DNA of 64,000 nucleotides from Helicobacteraceae bacterium (GTDB lineage Bacteria; Campylobacterota; Campylobacteria; Campylobacterales; Helicobacteraceae): NCBI GenBank assembly GCA_050874285.1, contig JBNMKJ010000002.1, positions 16,374 to 80,373 of the forward strand, read 5' to 3'. Shown piece by piece: positions 59,788 to 64,000 of this stretch (position 1 is its first letter; each line of letters starts with the position of its first letter). The notes under the pieces were generated by a model. It saw only the letters and a program-made list of their open reading frames with translations, ran no database searches and was not told where the DNA came from. The position numbers and the translations under genes were made by a program.

Positions 59788-60216
59788 TTAGAGATTTTTG
59801 CTTGAATCTATCGCGTAGGCGTAGATTCCTTTGTGTTTTTTGCTCGAACTTACAAGCGCGTTATACATTACGGAGTTTTTGCCCATCTCGCTTGTCTCCA
59901 CATCTAAATCCACGCTATTGCCGTCATTTCGCGCCAAATGCCCATCACGCCAGAAAATCGTAGGACGATTTTTGCTGTAATCAATGGGCGGTAAATGTCG
60001 CACATTTGTCTGCGCCAAAGGCAGAGTTTTATTTGGCTCGTTTTTAAAAATGCGATTCGCCTCTTTTGTCAAATATTCCTCAAACGCAATATCCTGCGGA
60101 CGATAAAAGGGCGTGGCGACATTCGCCAAGTTACTCGCTATCAAATCCTGTCGCAAAGAGCGGTAATCCATCGCCTTATGGACAATCCCATAAACCTTGC
60201 TAATCTCAAATGCCAT
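59788..60216 (-). CDS. flgB: flagellar basal-body rod protein FlgB
   Basis: IASNLANVATPFY, RNDGNSVDLD; start moved to MAFEIS after aaagga. Confidence 0.96.
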   Translation of the reverse strand: MAFEISKVYGIVHKAMDYRSLRQDLIASNLANVATPFYRPQDIAFEEYLTKEANRIFKNEPNKTLPLAQTNVRHLPPIDYSKNRPTIFWRDGHLARNDGNSVDLDVETSEMGKNSVMYNALVSSSKKHKGIYAYAIDSSKNL

Positions 60217-60248
60217 TTTGAATCCTTTCACATAAGATTTGCGGATTC

Positions 60249-60267
60249 AAAGCAAGATTTGTTCCTT
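60249..60267 (-). promoter_or_regulatory. sigma-54 (-24/-12) promoter of flgBC
   Basis: Minus strand AAGGAACAAATCTTGCTT = GG-N10-GC; flgBC is a known RpoN target in Helicobacter. Confidence 0.8.
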
Positions 60268-60561
60268 GAATCGCACTGCATAGTAATATATAATTTTTAA
60301 AGTTATGAATCAAATTTTTAAGCTAAAACTTAAATTTTGCATAAATTTTAGGCATTTTTGCTAATTATTATAATAAAGATTCTTAAAATTTTGCGCGTGA
60401 TTTTTGCGATAAGTGCGGATTTATTTGCGAATAAGACAAAATTTTTTCATAAAAATTTTTGCGTTTAAGTATAATTTAAAGCATTTTTTTTATAATTGCG
60501 TTTTCAATTTTGATTTTTGTGAAGCAAAATTGCGTTTCTTTAGAAATTTCGTTATCTTTTT

Positions 60562-60637
<76 letters not shown>

Positions 60638-60700
60638 TAACTAAAAAAGTTTTAAAAGCAATGTTTTTAGACAACCTGCTAAAACTCTGTATGTTTTTGG

Positions 60701-62752
60701 TTAAAATGAAATTTCCTTTATATCTCCCACTTTAAAAAACTCCTCATAAACAGCCTTTATGAGGAGGATTCGATTTTCTTTTAAGCGCGAATCTTCGACA
60801 TTTATCAGCACTTCATCAAAGAATTTTGAAAGCACATCTTTGAAATCTAGCAAAGCTATGATTCGCTCACTATGCGAGGTGAAATTTAGCTTTTGAAAGG
60901 CGATTATTTTCTCATATAAGGCTTTTTCGGCGGATTCGACAAATAAATTTTTATCAATCGCTTTTGCGCTAACTTCGCATAAAATATTTGCCACGCGCTT
61001 GAAAAGCACCTTTAACGCGCCTTTGTCAGGGCTTTGCGTGATTAAATCTAGTGCTTTAATTTTGCGGATTAGCTCAAGCAAATCGCCCTCATCTGAACGA
61101 ATCGCAGCGTTGATTAGCGATTGATTCACGCCCAAAACGCCCTCCATTCGCTCGTAAAAAAAGCTCTCAATCTGCGCTATGTCGATTTTGCCGTAATTTT
61201 GCGCGACTGCCTTAAAAATCGTGCCCAAATCAAAATGCAAATCAAATTTTTCGATGATTCGCAAAATGCTACTCGCATTCCTGCGCAGGGCGAATGGGTC
61301 TTTTGAACCGCTTGGAATCTTGCCTAGCGCAAAAAGACACAAAATCGAATCTAACTTATTTGCAATCCCCACGATTCCGCCCAAAATATCGCTAGGAACG
61401 CCCAAATACTGCTCTTTCACAGCTTTGCAAGTTTGCAAATCCACTCCAGCATTTTTGGCGTAATATCCGCCCATAATGCCCTGCAACTCGCCAAATTCGC
61501 CCACCATTTCGCTAAGCAAGTCATTTTTTGCGATTGAAATTGCGTGGGTGATTTGCGATTTAGATTCGATGATTTTTGTGGCAGATTCGTTGCGTCCGCC
61601 AATTTGCGCCAAAATCGCCTTTGCAACGGCGTTTTCGCGCTCCACTTTATCCCACAAACTTCCGCCATTTTTGATAAACTCAATATTTTTTAGTCGCTCA
61701 TCGCAGGATTTTGCGTTAAAATGCTTGTTATCGTTGTGGTAGAAAAATAGCGCGTCTTCTAGCCTCGCGCTTAAAACCTTCACATTGCCCTGCGCGATGA
61801 GTTCGCTAGGATTCGTGGAGTTGCAAACCACGACAAATGCGTTATTTAGCGCGTTAAAATCATCGCTTTTATAGGTGGCGAAATACTTTTGATTGATTTT
61901 CATCGAAGTAACGATGACTTCCTTTGGCAACACCAAAAATTTCTCATCAAACGCGCCCACAAGGACATTTGGATACTCACAAATCGCCACAACTTCATCT
62001 AGCAAATCCGAATCGATTTCCACAAACAAACCGCAATTTTTTATTTGCTCTAAGATTCGCGCTTTTCGCGCGTCTTGTGAGTAAATCACGGCATTTTTTT
62101 CTAAAAATGCAAAATATTCTTTTGTGCTTTTGATTTCTTTGGATTCGCAGTTTCTGTGTGGGTAGATTCGCGCACTTTGGGCGAACTCATATTTTTGCGC
62201 TAAGTTTGGCATTTTTACAAACTCATCGCCCAAAAGCACAAAAATATTGCGAATCGGGCGCACAAACGCACACTCCACGCTTCCCCAGCGCATTTTTTTG
62301 TCAAAATTTAGGCTATCCAAAAATTCATCAATAATCTTTTCTAGCAAATTTATTGCATTTTCTCCGCTTTCTTTTTTGGCAAAATATAGGCATTCTTTAT
62401 CGCCTTTTTGTTTGGTTTGCACATCATTAAGCGTAATGTTTAGTTTGCTTAAAAAGCTCTTTGTAGCGTTTGTCGGCTCGTTATTTTGATAAGCAATAGA
62501 TAGTGGCGGACCAAAAAATTCTAATAATTCATCACGCTGTTTTGTAGGAAAATTTCTAGCATAAAAAATGATTCGTCTAGGCGTGTAAAAAAACTCAATA
62601 TCATTTGTCGAATCGCCACACAATCGATACTTTTTTAGCACCGCATTAAATTTTGGCAACACATTTTCAAACTCTTTTTTAATCGCGCTGTAAGGCAATT
62701 CTTCTGTAAATATTTCGATAAGTAATGACGATTTATCTAAACTATTTTTCAA
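60701..62752 (-). CDS. glyS: glycine--tRNA ligase beta subunit
   Basis: LLIEIFTEELP, TPRR, MRWG..FVRPI, GELQGIMG, GSKDPFALRR; start moved to TTG after aaagga. Confidence 0.95.
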   Translation of the reverse strand: MKNSLDKSSLLIEIFTEELPYSAIKKEFENVLPKFNAVLKKYRLCGDSTNDIEFFYTPRRIIFYARNFPTKQRDELLEFFGPPLSIAYQNNEPTNATKSFLSKLNITLNDVQTKQKGDKECLYFAKKESGENAINLLEKIIDEFLDSLNFDKKMRWGSVECAFVRPIRNIFVLLGDEFVKMPNLAQKYEFAQSARIYPHRNCESKEIKSTKEYFAFLEKNAVIYSQDARKARILEQIKNCGLFVEIDSDLLDEVVAICEYPNVLVGAFDEKFLVLPKEVIVTSMKINQKYFATYKSDDFNALNNAFVVVCNSTNPSELIAQGNVKVLSARLEDALFFYHNDNKHFNAKSCDERLKNIEFIKNGGSLWDKVERENAVAKAILAQIGGRNESATKIIESKSQITHAISIAKNDLLSEMVGEFGELQGIMGGYYAKNAGVDLQTCKAVKEQYLGVPSDILGGIVGIANKLDSILCLFALGKIPSGSKDPFALRRNASSILRIIEKFDLHFDLGTIFKAVAQNYGKIDIAQIESFFYERMEGVLGVNQSLINAAIRSDEGDLLELIRKIKALDLITQSPDKGALKVLFKRVANILCEVSAKAIDKNLFVESAEKALYEKIIAFQKLNFTSHSERIIALLDFKDVLSKFFDEVLINVEDSRLKENRILLIKAVYEEFFKVGDIKEISF

Positions 62753-62835
62753 TTTGTCTATCCTTTGGAGTGGAGTTTTATAAAAAATCAAGTAAAATTC
62801 TACCAAAAAATAGTTAGATTTTTAAGGGTTTGTGA

Positions 62836-63657
62836 ATGCGAATTTTTGTAGTCCTTTTTGCCTTTTGCCTTTGTGTCGCCTTTGCATCGCCCACAAATAA
62901 ATGTGGCAGTGTGCAAACTTTTTCTAACGACCAAAAGGAAATCATCGCTTACGCTTACAATTACGGCAAAAAATACGGGCTAGGCTACACACTTGCGGCG
63001 ATTGCGTGGCACGAATCGTGCGCTGGAGAATATCGTATGAATTTCGCTGACCCAAGCGCAGGGCTTTATCACGCGCTGATTCCGGGCGTTTTGCGAAGGT
63101 ATCAAATGCTAAAAGACAATGGATTCAATCGCAATGTCATCGGCGAATTGTTAATCCGCGATGATGAATTTGCCTCCAAAGTCGCCGTTGATGAGCTTTT
63201 GTATTGGGATAAGGTGCGCAATGGTAATTGGAAAGATATGATAAAGTCCTACAACAAGGGCTTTAGCTGGGAAAAAAGCGTGAGGTTAAATCAACTCGCC
63301 GAAAATTACTACGAAAATATCCGCCAAAAGCGCGAGATTTTGGAGGATTACATACCAAAATATCTATCAAATTTTAAGCTAAAAGAGCGCAAACCGCTTT
63401 TGAGCGAATACACAAATACGAGTTTTAACAAAGACGCCACAAACTCTAGCAAAGTCGCCGAGCTAGTCAAAAAGCGACAGATTGCCGAGAAGATTCGCAG
63501 AGTCGAAATCGCGAATCTAAAAAACGACAATCCAGCCACAATCAAAAAAGCGCGAGATAACAAAAAAGCCGTAATTAGCGTCTATACAAAGCAAGAAAGT
63601 GGCAAAATCGTGCATAATAAAACTATCACAATAAAGCCATTTTATACAAATAAGTAG
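62836..63657 (+). CDS. secreted protein with a lysozyme/lytic-transglycosylase-like domain and basic tail
   Basis: Signal peptide, LAAIAWHES (catalytic Glu-Ser pattern), SYNKG. Confidence 0.55.
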   Translation: MRIFVVLFAFCLCVAFASPTNKCGSVQTFSNDQKEIIAYAYNYGKKYGLGYTLAAIAWHESCAGEYRMNFADPSAGLYHALIPGVLRRYQMLKDNGFNRNVIGELLIRDDEFASKVAVDELLYWDKVRNGNWKDMIKSYNKGFSWEKSVRLNQLAENYYENIRQKREILEDYIPKYLSNFKLKERKPLLSEYTNTSFNKDATNSSKVAELVKKRQIAEKIRRVEIANLKNDNPATIKKARDNKKAVISVYTKQESGKIVHNKTITIKPFYTNK

Positions 63658-63661
63658 TATT

Positions 63662-64000
63662 ATGATAAGCGTAGCGATAAACGGATTTGGGCGCATTGGT
63701 AGGGCATTATTTCGCCTTGCGCTAAATAGTAAAGATATAAAAATAAGTCATATTTATGATATAAAAAATTTTGAGATTTTGGCGTATCTTTTAAAGCACG
63801 ATTCGCTAATGCGCGATTTTAAAGGTGAAATTGAATTTAAAAAAGACAAGTTTTTTGCAAATGGTAATGAGATAAAAATCACGCAAAATTTTAGCGGGGC
63901 GGACATTGTAGTAGAATGTAGCGGGGCGAATCTAAGCACAAAATCGCTTGAATCTTACCTGCAAAACGGCGCGAAAAAAGTCATCTTAAGTGCGCCACCA
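63662..64000 (+). CDS. gap: glyceraldehyde-3-phosphate dehydrogenase family (3' truncated; not in ORF track)
   Basis: MISVAINGFGRIGR..YLLKHDS..DIVVECSG..GAKKVILSAP. Confidence 0.9.
   Translation, partial: MISVAINGFGRIGRALFRLALNSKDIKISHIYDIKNFEILAYLLKHDSLMRDFKGEIEFKKDKFFANGNEIKITQNFSGADIVVECSGANLSTKSLESYLQNGAKKVILSAPP

Overview
Core-genome window of a Campylobacterota bacterium, most likely a non-pylori (enterohepatic-type) Helicobacter. The assignment rests on synteny: rpmF-plsX-fabH, nifU-hypothetical-murE, cbpA-hspR-rarA, flgB-flgC-fliE-ftsI, plus argH. It holds about 60 mostly housekeeping CDS, five tRNAs, a GDP-deoxysugar gene cluster and a MacAB-TolC-type efflux operon. I found no IS transposase, prophage or CRISPR-cas. 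Three accessory layers stand out. (1) A family of short palindromic repeats, YGTCATTGCGAG-[variable hairpin]-GCAATCY, fills intergenic gaps. Two copies sit in frame inside metG and form its interdomain linker. (2) A separate 150-nt structured element is present twice, with compensatory base changes in several helices. (3) Five G9-G11 tracts lie in predicted surface-glycan genes. gmd is ON; a methyltransferase and a CDP-alcohol phosphotransferase-like gene are OFF; a DUF6056-like gene is split; and one tract only retunes the fcl tail and its coupling to the next gene. A prepilin-like gene has a 1-nt frame break in its leader. Family assignments come from motif recognition, not database searches.
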